Assembly: GCF_018350175.1 (NCBI RefSeq)
Contig: NC_058368.1
Coordinates: forward strand, 37,078,001 to 37,142,000
DNA length: 64,000 nt
Reading direction: 5' to 3'
Origin: Felis catus
Lineage: Eukaryota
Shown here: one piece after another, positions 27,216 to 39,342 of the stretch
Position numbering within the stretch: position 1 is the stretch's first letter
How the letters are laid out: each line of letters begins with the position of its first letter
The notes under the pieces: generated by a model
What the model was told of the DNA's origin: nothing
What the model saw: the letters and a program-made list of their open reading frames with translations, nothing else
The model's database searches: none
Program-made: the position numbers and the translations under genes

Positions 27216-28519
27216 CCTCTTGCGGCCAAGAGCAGATAAAATCAGGCCACAGGACATTCATCCATGCCATCCAGATTCCCACCATTGTTAAGATGTTATT
27301 GATCAGGGGTTTCTTTGGAGAATGCAGTTTGTCGTTGGACTGGAGTCAGTCTCGCTTCCTTCTTTTGTTGCAGGGTGAATTTTGAGGGGGCAGTGGCTGC
27401 TCAGGTGCATTTAAGACTCCGAACAGGATCCATCAGCTGGATGTAAAACAAGCAAAATGTATTGCAGAAACAAAATGATTAGTCCTTGAAACAAGTTTTA
27501 AAGTCAGGAGTCTAGATGATAAAACTCAGGCGGTATACCTGCTGGTTCTGAAAAGAGTTACTGTAGCTTTATTTATTGTATTAAGATATTGAGGGGGGAA
27601 ACCCATTAATATATATAAGTAGGTGTTAAATAAATTATAGTACATTAATAAAATGCAACACCTTTCATCCTGTTAAAAATGGTATTACAGATAAATATCC
27701 ATTAGCATTGATAGATGTTTATGATGTGTGTTTAAGTGAAAACTTCAAGTTACTAAGCAGAATATTGCCATTACTATATATGCATACAAAAATGTGTGGA
27801 AATAAGTTTAGGGGAGTGTTAATAATAGTTATCTCTAAGAGATGTTTGTGAGGGATTTTGTTTATTTTGTTTATTGGTTAAGTTTGTCTTTTGACATTTT
27901 TGTGTAGTCCAACTGTATTGATTTTGTAATGAGTAAAAAAAAGATAAATATTTCTTTGCATGGTAGAATCATGCTTGATTTCTATTTCTATTTTTGTGCA
28001 TTTTGTGATTTTAAGATACCTTAAAATAAACTATTATCAATATCATTAACTACAAATAAGAATACAAAAATAAGTTAACATTTTTTAAAAGTCCCGATAT
28101 ATGTAAGATTTTGAAATTATAATAATAAGTTTAGGAATGCCTTCTAATTCAAATGCAAAGTGGTCTATATAGCGCAGTGAGTTTATTTTATTTTAGCTTT
28201 TATTAAGTTTTAGTATCTGGCTGGGTCTGATTCTGATTACTGTTCATTTTCAACTGATTTGGGGAGGGGAAAAGGCTATTCTGTTTTTTTTAATTACTAG
28301 TTAAAATAATAATATTTTGAATTATAATTAAAATCACAATATTTGTTGCTGCTACAATTGGGTGATTCTGTTATCTGAAAATAATATGAAAAATTTCTCC
28401 TCCTTTTTTATATATAAAGCTCTTTCTTAGTAATTGCTTTCTAAATTTTAATAATTTTGAATAATGAAAGTGATAGAATTGTCGACCTATTCATGACCTC
28501 CATTGAAAATTTAGCTTGC

Positions 28520-29005
28520 CACGATTTAATAAATACCAGCAGAAGACAGGAGATTCCTGGGTAGGTGACAAAGACGATGTATCACTTACAACAATAGTAG
28601 CGGCCAGATAACACTATGGTGTCGCTTCTCTAAGCCCCGGTTTCCACAGGGCAACGAGATGAGGCCCAAGTGATGCCTGTGCGCGCAGTGGAGTGTTTTA
28701 CAGAACCTTGAGTTTAGGAAGCCTGATCTGAGAGAGGGGCCTTCCATATGACACCATGTAAGTACAACTGCTCCAGTGGGAGAATTTATTTCTATCATAT
28801 TGGATAGTAAATAAATCTCTTCCAGTAGATTGTGTCTATCTTCGAAAGCTGCTTGCTGGACAAACATATTCGAAAAGGTTGTCCAGAGTAAGTTAGATAT
28901 CGCAGAACAATTGCAACTTTGCCCACTGATTATAAAGATCACTTTGCACAGTTTCAGCATGCATGATCTTTTTTATGGTCTTGCACTACCACAAAAAGTG
29001 AGGAC
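28520..29005. mobile_element. ERV LTR-like element
   Basis: GC-richer block with LTR-like motifs (acaggagattcctggg..gacaaag; aaccttgagtttagg); family uncertain. Confidence 0.45.
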
Positions 29006-29009
29006 TATG

Positions 29010-29011
<2 letters not shown>

Positions 29012-29044
<33 letters not shown>
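29012..29044. repeat. (CA)n microsatellite
   Basis: Direct reading. Confidence 0.95.
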
Positions 29045-29271
29045 TACACAAAGAATAAATCTGAAACTTTAAATCAAGTTTTAAAATATGGCTGAAGATC
29101 TCTCTGTATTTTTTATTTTAGGTGACATTAGTGTTTACTGGCAGTTTTTTATATTGTACTTCCCCATTCTTGAGCTCATAATTTGCTTCATCTCATATTT
29201 ACATGCTGTGCAATCTTCAAGTCGAAATTTCATTAATGACATTTAGCTTTTTCTTGTTTTCCCTATTCTTT

Positions 29272-29484
29272 AAAAAAATTTTAACATTTATTTATTTTTG
29301 AGAGAGAGAGAAAGAGAGACAGAGCATGAGCGGGGGAGGGGCAAAGAGAGAGAGAGAGGGAGACAGAGAATCTGAAACAGGCTTCAGGCTCTGAGCTGTC
29401 AGCACAGAGCCTGACGCAGGGGTCAAACTCAGGAACGGCAAGATCATGACCTAGGCCAAAGTCGACTGAGCCACCTAGGCCCCC
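29272..29484 (-). mobile_element. CanSINE with a ~12-nt deletion in the tRNA-derived head
   Basis: Head reads ggtggctcagtcgacttt, lacking the gttaagcgtccg segment present in the other copies. Confidence 0.92.
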
Positions 29485-31755
29485 TTTGTATTGCCTATTC
29501 CTAAATGACATAGAGTAAGTTTGTATTTCTTTCTTTCATGTAATAAACTTGGCGACGTATATAGTTTTGTGATGTCAACTTACCCTATAACTGCCAGTAG
29601 AATTACACTTTGCACTGTGAAAGTCTGGGACAAGCTTGGCTTTAACATCTTTTATAGAATATGAAATCATGGAATTCTGTGCTTTTCAAGGAAATGCACT
29701 ATTACCATTGAAGACACATGATGGTGTCCCAGGCATTATGTAAGCCTAAAGCACAAACATAGCACTGCTCATCTTTCCTAAATGTTAATATTACATACAA
29801 ATTTTTTTTGAAAAAGGAAGCACTCTGTTCTTAATATTAAAACAGTCACACATATATTAAAACTCAGGATAGAAAAACTTCATGAAATTTTATGATAAAA
29901 TAAGAAAAGTAATTTGAAGATTCATATGTGTGCCAAATAATCTATCCTACATTCTTTAAATTCACTGGAGATATTATTCCCTTTCCATTGTCGTTAATGA
30001 TATTCTGTTAAGTATACTTAAGAATTACATAGAGAAATTCCGTATTCCAGCTACCAGATTTGTTTCTTTTACTTTCCACGTCTTCATTACAATTTTTGGA
30101 ATTGCATTTCTCAGAGTTTATAATATCACTGTCAGTCTTCTTGTACTACCAACCTGGTTAAGCTAAGGAAAAGTCTGGGCAAAAGGGTTGAGAGGATTAG
30201 TAAACCAAGCAAGGCAGAGCTACATCGGAATTGAGGATTTTTCATATTGCATTGGCTAATTGAAGGTATTGGTGATTTTGGAGGTATACAAAATTTCCCT
30301 AACTCTACATATATATCCATGCGTGCACGTATCTTCATTCACATACATTTTCAAACCCAACTGGGATACGATCTAATACTTATTAGGTGCTTACTCTGTA
30401 TCTGGCATTCTTCTGAGAATACATTTATTCATTTATTTACTCCAGCATATGTACAAATTTGTCCTCTATTTATCTTAAATATATTTTTAGCATTTCATCT
30501 ATCATGAAATACTCCTTTATATTATCATTTTAGCCGCATAGTATTCCATGTATTGGAATATTTTTAACAGTTTCTCTGTCCTTGCATTTTTAGGTTCTTT
30601 CCAGCTTTTAATTATTATAAATATCATTCAGTATTTATAATATTAGCATCATATATAAATATTGCTGCTCACCTCTGCCTTTTTCCTTAATGAAAAATAT
30701 TAGAAGTGAATTACTGAGTCAATATATGTGATTATTTTTAATGCTAATGATGTGCTTTTTCTTCAAGGAAATAGTACCAATTTACAGCTGAAAATATTTT
30801 ATTGGACTTATTTTTTTCTAGACCCTTAGTAACAGTATTCTAGCCCTTTACACATCTTTGCTTATTTCAAAATCTAATATACTCGAGATACTGGGTTAAG
30901 TTCTCATAAGAGGCAACCAGCTCTTCTTAAGCCCGGAAGAGTAAGTCTGATATATCACATAGGCACACAACTCCGGATATGGCTGAAGGGAGTGGGGCTG
31001 TGAGGCAAGCTCAACACAAGTTGTATTAATCAGATTTTCTATTAGTAAGTGAAACTGAGACATGAAAACTGGGTGACTAACCTGGAAAATCTAAGCCAGA
31101 TACCATTACAGACCAAGAATTAATGTTACCATTTTATGAAAGTCATAATTAGCCATGTGCAGTAAGGTGAGTGGAGAAGTGGATCTTCAGAAAACAATGA
31201 AGTACATATACTTAGAGAAAGAGCAAAAGAGAATGTGAGGTTCCAGCAGGATAAAGAAAGACAAAGGGAGTGACAGATTGATGTTTTACTACTTACCGGA
31301 TCCTGGATATTCTTCCTAATAATGGGTTCCCTGAAATTATTCTGTATCCTTTATTTTTTATTTTTTGCTTGCCACAAGTGTACCTACCATCGATCACTAT
31401 ACCACACTATTATAATATCATTGACTATATTCCCCATGCTGTACCTTTTTATTCTCATGACTTATTCATTCCATAACTGGAGGCCTGTATCTCCTACTTC
31501 CCGTCACCCATTTTGACCACCCCCCACACCAATCCCCCCTGACAACAACCAGTTTGTTCTCTGTATTTACAGGTTTGGTTCTGCTTTTGTTTGTTTATCC
31601 ATTTGTTTTGTTTTAGATCCCATATATGATTGAAATCATATGGTATTTTTCTTTCTCAGTCTGAATTATTTCACATAGCATAATACTCTCTAGGTCCGTC
31701 CATGTTGTCTCAAATGGCACAATCTCATCCTTTTTTATGGCTGCATAATATTCTG

Positions 31756-31797
<42 letters not shown>

Positions 31798-33478
31798 CAC
31801 ATCTTCCTTATCTATTTGTCTATCAGTGGACACTTAGGTTGCTTCCATATCTTGGCTATTGTAAATAATTATTCAATAAATATGCAAAAAATAATTATAT
31901 ACCTAACTATGCATATATCTTTTCAAATTAGTGTTTCTGTTTTCTTTCAGCAAATATCCAGTAGTAGAATTGATGGATCATATGGTATTTGTATTTTTAC
32001 TTTTTTTAGGGAACCTCTATACTATTTTCCACAGTACCTGTACCGATTTAAATTCCCACCAACAGTGTGTGAGGGGTCCTTTTACTCCACATTCTCACGA
32101 ACTCTTATTTCCTCTCTTTTTGATTTTAGCCATTCTAGCAAGTGTGAGGTGATATCTCATAATGGCTTTGATTTGCATTTTCCTGATGATTAATAATGTT
32201 GGGCATCTTTGCATGTGTCTGTTGGCCATTGATACATCTTTAGAAAAATGTCTATTGAGGTTCTTTGTCCATTTTTAAAATCAGATTGTTTATTTTTTGG
32301 TGTTGAGTTGTAACTTCTTTATATATTTTGGATATTAACCCCTTGTCAGATATATCATTTGCAAATATCTTCTCCCATGCAGTAGGTTGCCTTTTGTTTT
32401 GTTGACAGTTTCCCTTGTGCAAAAGTTTTTTTGTTGTTTTTGTTTTGTTTTTTATTGTGATGTAGTCCCAATAGTTTCCTTTTGCTTTTATTTTCCTTAC
32501 CCAGGAGACATATTTTAAAAATGTTTCAATGGCTGATATCAAGGAAATTACTGCCTGTATTCTCTTCTCGGATTTTTATGGTTTCAGGTCTCACATTTGG
32601 GTCTTTAACCCATTTTGAATTTAGCTTTGTATATGGTATAAGAAAGTGGACCAGTTTCATTCTTTTGAACATAGCAGTTCAGTTTTCCCAGGACCATTTC
32701 TTGAAGAGATTGCTTATCCTCATTGTATATTCTTGCCTCCATTATGATAGATTAATTGACCCTGTAAGTGTGGGTTTATTTCTGGGCTCTCTTTTCTGTT
32801 TCACTGATTTATGTACCATACTTTGTTGATTACAACAACATTGTAATATATCTTGAAATCTGGCATTGTGATATCTCCATCTTTCTTTCTCTTTCTCAAA
32901 ATTGTTTTGGCTGTCTGGAGTCTTTCATTGTTCCGTTGTAGTATTTGTTATAGCTCTGAAAAATACTAGTGGTCTTTTTATAGAGATTGCATTAAATCTG
33001 TAGATTGCTTTGGGTAGTATGGACATTTTAACAATATTAATTCTTCCAATCAACGAACATGGAATTTCTTTCCATTTGTGCCATCTTCACTTTCTTTCAC
33101 CAGTGTTTTCTAGTTTGCATAGTGTAGGTCTTTCATCTCTTTGAGTAAGCTTATTCCAAGGTATTTTATTCTTTCTGGTACAATAGTAAATGGAATCATT
33201 TTCTTAATTTCTCTTTCTGCTACTTTGTTATTAGTGTATAGAAATGCTACTATTGTATTAATTTTATATACTACAATTCAACTGAATTAATTTATTCTAA
33301 TAGTTTTTGGTGGAGTCTTCAAGGTTTTCTATGTACACTATCATGTCATCTGAAAATAGTGGTAGTTCATTGTTTTCCTTACCAATATGGATGCCTTTTC
33401 TTTATTATTCTTGCCTGATTCCTATGGCAGGGACATCCAGTACTATGTTGAATACAAGTGACAGGAATGGACATTCTT

Positions 33479-34443
33479 TCTTTTTTTTTTTTTTTTTCAA
33501 TATATGAAGTTTATTGTCAAATTGGTTTCCATACAACTCCCAGTGCTCATCCCAAAAGGTGCCCTCCTCAATACCCATCACCCCCCCTCCCCTCCCTCCC
33601 ACCCCCCATCAACCCTCAGTTTGTTCTCAGTTTTTAAGAGTCTCTTATGCTTTGGCTCTCTCCCACTCTAACCTCTTTTTTTTTTTCCTTCCCCTCCCCC
33701 ATGGGTTTCTGTTAAGTTTCTCAGGATCCACATAAGAGTGAAACCATATGGTATCTGTCTTTCTCTGTATGGCTTATTTCACTTAGCATAACATTCTCCA
33801 CTTCTATCCACATTGCTACAAAGGGCCATATTTCATTCCTTCTCATTGCCACGTAGTACTCCATTGTGTATATAAACCACAATCTCTTTATCCATTCATC
33901 AGTTGATGGACATTTAGGCTCTTTCCATAATTTGGCTATTGTTGAGAGTACTGCTATAAACATTGGGGTACAAGTGCCCCTATGCATCAGTACTCCTGTA
34001 TCCCTTGGGTAAATTCCTAGCAGTGCCATTGCTGGGTCATAGGGTAGGTCTATTTTTAATTTTCTGCGGAACCTCCACACTGTTTTCCAGAGTGGCTGCA
34101 CCAATATGCATTCCCACCAACAGTGCAAGAGGGTTCCCATTTCTCCACATCCTCTATAGCATCTATAGTCTCCTGATTTGTTCATTTTGGCCACTCTGAC
34201 TGGCGTGAGGTGATACCTGAGTGTGGTTTTGATTTGTATTTCCCTGATGAGGAGCGATGTTGAGCATCTTTTCATGTGCCTGTTGGCCATCTGGATGTCT
34301 TCTTTAGAGAAGTGTCTATTCATGTTTTCTGCCCATTTCTTCACTGGGTTATTTGTTTTTCGGGTATGGAGTTTGGTGAGCTCTTTATAAATTTTGGATA
34401 CTAGCCCTTTGTCTGATATGTCATTTGCAAATATCTTTTCCCA
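33479..34443 (-). mobile_element. Young 5'-truncated L1 (ORF2 C-terminus, 3'UTR, poly(A)) nested in the older L1
   Basis: Open ~240-codon frame with CCHC motif [19 protein letters not shown]-run 33481-33497; TSD gaatggacattctt at 33465-33478 and 34445-34458. Confidence 0.96.
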
Positions 34444-34548
34444 AGAATGGACATTCTTGTCTTGTTCCTGATCTAGGAGGGAAAGTTTTAGGTTTTTCAA
34501 CATTGAATATGATGTCAGCTTTGGATGTTTCAGAAGTGGCCTTTATTT

Positions 34549-34774
34549 ACGTATTTAAAAAAATTTTTTTAATGTTTATTTATTTTTGAGAGAGACAGAG
34601 ACAGAATGTGAGTGGGTTAGGGGCAGAGAGAGAGGGAGACACAGAAGCAGAAGCAGGCTCCAGGCTCTGAGCTGTCAGCACAGAGCCCGACACGGGGCTC
34701 GAACTCACAAGCTGTGAGATCATGACCTGAGCCAAAGTCAGACGCTCAACCGACTGAGCCACCCAGGCTGCCCC
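34549..34774 (-). mobile_element. CanSINE nested in L1
   Basis: Full body; TSD agaagtggcctttatt on both sides. Confidence 0.95.
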
Positions 34775-35526
34775 AGAAGTGGCCTTTATTATGTTGAGGT
34801 ATGTTCCCTCTAAATCCACTTTGTTGAGAGTTTTTATGTGAATGGATGTTGAATCTTCTTAAATGCTTTTTCTGCATTCATTGAGATGATCATATGATTT
34901 TTATCCTTTGTTTTGTTGTTGTGATGTATCATATTGATGATTTGCAAATGTTGAACCATCTTTGCATCCCTAGAATAAATCTTACTTGATCATGATAAAT
35001 GATCCCCTTAATGTATTATTGAATGTGAGTTGCTAATATTTTGTTTAGTATTTTTGTATCTGTATTCATCAAGGATATTGACCAGTAATTTTCTTTTTTT
35101 CTATGGTGTCTTTGTCTGGTTTGGGTATCGGGGTAAGGCTGGCCTTAAAGAATGTATTTGGCAGTTTTCCTTTCTCTTGTTTTTTTTTTTTTTGAATACT
35201 TTGAGTAGAATAGGTATTAGTTTATCTTTACATGTTTGATAGAATTCACCTGTAAATTTGTCAGATCTTGGACTTATATTTTTGGTAGTTTTGATTACTG
35301 ATTTAGTTTCATTCTTAGTGATCAGTCTGTTCAGATTTTCTATTTCTTCCTAGTTTAGTTTTAGGAGTTATCTGTTTCTAGGAATTTATCTATTTTTTCT
35401 ATATTGTCTAATTTGTTGACATACAACTTTTTTTTGTAGTATTCTCTTATAATTCTTTGTATTTCTGTGGTTCCAGTTGTTACTTCTCTTTCATTTCTGA
35501 TTTTATTTATTTTAGTTCTTTCTTTC

Positions 35527-35570
<44 letters not shown>

Positions 35571-35630
35571 TTTCCTTGATGAGTCTCGCTAAGGATTTAT
35601 CAATTTTATATTTTCAAAGAACAAGCTCTT

Positions 35631-35753
35631 GGGGCACCTGGGTGGCTCAGTTGGTCGAGCATCCAACTCTTGATTTCAGCTCAAGTCATGATCCTAGGGT
35701 TATGGGATTCAGCCCTGTGTCAAGCTTCATGCTGAGCATGGAGCCTGCTTGAG

Positions 35754-35805
<52 letters not shown>

Positions 35806-35905
35806 TCTCTCCCTCCCTCCTACCCTCCCACCCTCCCTCCCTCTCCCTCTGCCCCTTTCTCCTGCTCATGCTTACTTTCTCTCTAAAATTAGAAAAAGAA
35901 AAAGA
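35631..35905 (+). mobile_element. CanSINE nested in L1, with long (CT)n/(CCCT)n tract
   Basis: ggggcacctgggtggctcagttggtcgagc head; TSD aaagaacaagct on both sides. Confidence 0.93.
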
Positions 35906-37961
35906 ACAAGCTTTGGTTTCATTGTTTTTTTCTATTTTTTTTAAAGCTCCATGTCATGTATTTCTGCTCTGATATTTATTATCTCCTTCCTTCTACTCAC
36001 CTTAGGTTTTGTTTGTTCTTCTTTTTGTAGTTCCTTAGGTATAAGATCAAATTGTTTATTTGAGCTTTTTCCTACTTCTTGGGGTAGGCCTGTGTCACTG
36101 TATCCTTTTTGGTTGGGCCTATGAACAACCTGTTTTTTAACATTTGCCATAGTGATATTCTTTAAGACATATTTATTAACAGAGAAAGTAAGGAGGCAAT
36201 CAAACATTATTTGGCCCTAAATCTCTAATCAATATTTTCAGCCATCATCTTACTTATGTGGGATAATACAACTTTTTCTGAGCAATCTAGGATTTCCTAG
36301 GCTCTAGATGAATATATAAGAGTTGCTGTGACCTCCATTCCAGAGTAACAGAAGGATCTAGCTAGCATCCCTTGTGGGAAAAGTGATATTGCTGGAATGC
36401 TATAGATGGACTGTTAGAGAAAGTGGTCAGGGCTATGCTGTTTGGATATCTTTGAAAGATACCTTTTTGAAAGAAAGGGCTATGATGAGGAGGCATGGTG
36501 TTCTCTCCTGAGCATGAAGCTGGCTTCAAGTTGCTTCCACAATTGCCTCTTGCCATTGATGATCATTCTTTTCCTCCTTTGGGGAAGTAAGAGGGAGATG
36601 ATACAGTCTGAGTGGTTTCTGTTGAAAAAAAGAAAGAATGGAAAGATGAGCTACCTAATATTAATTAGGAAATTGCCGTGGTAACAGAAACAGAAGTGTG
36701 GGTTGTCTTGAGCCTATCAGTGGGTCAGTTTCTGGAGATAACAATGATGATAAAACATTTTGGAGACATTCAGGTTTTGTTGATCATTGCAAAAAACATG
36801 GGATGTCCAGGAGCCTAGGTTCTGTTTTTTTGTTCTGTATATTTGTATACATTTTAGTAAGTCAGTTAACTTTCTTATAAATTATTTTCTTCCTTTAGTT
36901 AGGATAAAAATATCTGATCTCCCTATCTCACAAATTCATTTATTGGAAAAAGAAAATAAAGGATCTAAAAATGTTCTAAAAACTTAAAGCATTATTGTCA
37001 ATGATATACTGTATAAGGGAGAGACCATGTTGTTAAAATTTGGCCACTGTTACTAGATGGTCACATTAACACTGAAGTTCACAGTAAGTCCTACGCAGTT
37101 CATTCCGAAAAGGTTAGGAGAATACTGATGAGTGCTTATTGTTGAGCTTGGAAGTTAATAACACACTAAAACCTACTATTAATACTCTAAAAACTGCAAA
37201 AATGTATACTTGGCAATAGGTTTTGGCCAGTTGACACTCAGTTATTTTCAGCTGGCTGAACATGGCTAAATTTTTAATTTTGTATTTTTTATATTAAAAA
37301 CCTTTTTGAACGTTTTAATCAAGATCATAGTTAGTCTTTTATTTCAGCTAGTCTAATTAGCTAATGGAGCATGCTCTAGCAGGTAGGCTGAAATGATCAG
37401 ATAACATAATAAGAAGGTCAAAATATATTTCCTAGCAATCATTCCATCAGATATTTTAGTCCTCACCAGATACTTTTAGACATTCATGTCTGAATGTCTA
37501 TTTTAGATTAATAATCACTTCATTTTTATGTTATCTTGACATTAAACAGACTCTTTATTTTTGAAGATGATTTACATTATGTCTTGATGACAGTGTAACT
37601 AGTTCAAGGTATGTTAGTGTTATTCTGCTCTTACAGTTGCTATAAAATATAATTTAATATCATGATCCTGTATTGAATTAGTGTATATTTTGATTCATAA
37701 AATAATTCTAAAAACAATTATGTGAAAGTGAAAAGGTTTAATTTTTCAAGGATTGTATTACTCAGAAATACTAATGAACATGGCTATTAGCCAAATTCTT
37801 GCTTCAATTCTTGCTTCACCTGTATAGCAGTATTAAATCATAGAAACCTCAAATAATATTTGTAGCAATAAGCATGTAAGTAATTAGTTTTATCCATTGT
37901 AAATTTCATTTTGCTAATAAAAATCATTTAAATCGTTTATCTGTGTGGAGTCCCTTCTTCC

Positions 37962-39342
37962 TTTTTTCTTTTTTAATTTTTTTTAGGTCTTTGTTTTTTT
38001 TCTATGGCATTAAAGGTGCAAGTGGCAACACTATTGAACCCACAGAGAATTGTGGTCACACCCACACCTGCTGTGGAGCATCTACTGAGAAGCTGAAGTG
38101 TCATGACACATAGGTGGCCAGGCCCCACCCAGGTCAAAGTCTTACTTTGCATAAGGAGGGAACCTTCTTGTAGGTAATATGAAGATGCTGAGTCATGGGC
38201 TGGGTAGTGGTTGCCTGTTCAATTTACCTTCAGAGTACAACCTGAATTTTCAGGTAATCTGCCCCATGGGGGGGGGGGGGCTCGTTGGCAAGGATGGACT
38301 GGTGCTGGAATGGGACATCATGCACAGTTCCCACTGGTTCACATTGCCCTCCACCTCCACAATACCTGAGTTCTGGGTGCTAAGGCCACCTTGTTGGTTT
38401 TGGGCTTCTGGTGGATGAAGCCACATTCTTTATGCATGGTTTATGTGTCAGGGTGGAAAATATTAAACCAGAAGTTCTACATGGGCTTGCCCATATGCAA
38501 GACGTTCACCTCTTCTAGTTACTAGAAGGGTTGTAGCATCAGGTAAGTCCTGGTGGATCTGACAGCCAGATACCCAGCACCCAGAACAGTGGCTCCACCA
38601 CTAGGTTGATCTTGGGGGGCTCCCAGCTGGTGGCAGTAGGCTGCTTAGGTAGGGTACTCGTGTAAGAAACTGTGGCTTCTCCTGAAGCTTGTGCACCTGA
38701 CTGTTGGACTGGCTGACCCTCTGTCACAGGGTCTTCAGCTCATAGTTCTCCACCTGCTTCTTCAGGCAGCTTGCCTGGCTCTTGTTCTGCCGAGAGAAGC
38801 AGGAAGAATACATAAAGCAAGTTGATGAGTTGGCAGGCCCCAACACTAACAGGGTGATCTTGGTGGTCGACATGGGGCTGGCCATTGCTGTGCTCAGTCT
38901 GCACAGTTACCATGAATGGTTTCAGCGTGACATCTGTCAGAGGGGTAGAGGGGCTCTTGGATGGTTTCTGAGACATTGCTTTGAGCAGCAACCTCAGGTG
39001 TTCTGGGAAAAGCTCTTCTTGTACCCCAGGATAGTCCTGCAACAGCCAGGCTAGTGCTGCTGAAGCCAATCTCCTTGTCTTTCAGTTGGCAGGCTCTGAG
39101 TGTACTTGGAGGAGAGACTAGGAATGAAGAGAGCCAATAAATTTGTATGCCCCAGATGCTGTAGGGGGGTAAAGTCACCCATAGAAGGGGGTGGTGTTTT
39201 CACTGCCAACATCTACAGAATATGTGTTTGCTTCTCCTTGGCTTCCTGACCCTGTGGGGGCCAATCTCCTAGAGTTCCTTTCAGAAGCTGTTGTGCCTGC
39301 TTCTGACTAGTGACTCCCTGGGCTACCCTGGATGCAATGTCT
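37962..39342 (-). pseudogene. THAP4: Processed pseudogene of THAP4, 5'-truncated: central region and nitrobindin domain, no THAP zinc finger
   Basis: Minus-strand peptides across frames match THAP4 as I recall it: SGAYKFIGSLHS, SCFSRQNKSQ, EPPKINLVVEPLFWVLGIWLSDPPG, MHKECGFIHQKPKTNKVA, KFRLYSEGKL, ATTTQPMTQHLHITYKKV; no introns; many stops and frameshifts; decayed poly(A) as T-rich 37962-38002; degenerate TSD agtc(c/t)cttc..cctt at ~37949 and ~39343. Confidence 0.93.

Larger units (their letters stand above)
31352..36097 (-). mobile_element. Older carnivore L1, 5'-truncated (ORF2 from the Cryptic region through RT to 3'UTR), with a nested L1 and two SINEs
   Basis: RT motif LFSDDM near 33340-33360; [17 protein letters not shown] ctgtatcctt at 31342-31351 and 36098-36107; many stops and frameshifts. 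Confidence 0.92.

Noticed and set aside
28586..28960. 124-aa minus-strand ORF
   Set aside because: Lies within an LTR-like block; no gag, pol or env motifs.
38539..39178. ORFs of 62-109 aa as a new gene
   Set aside because: Frameshifted mosaics of the THAP4 retrocopy or its antisense strand.
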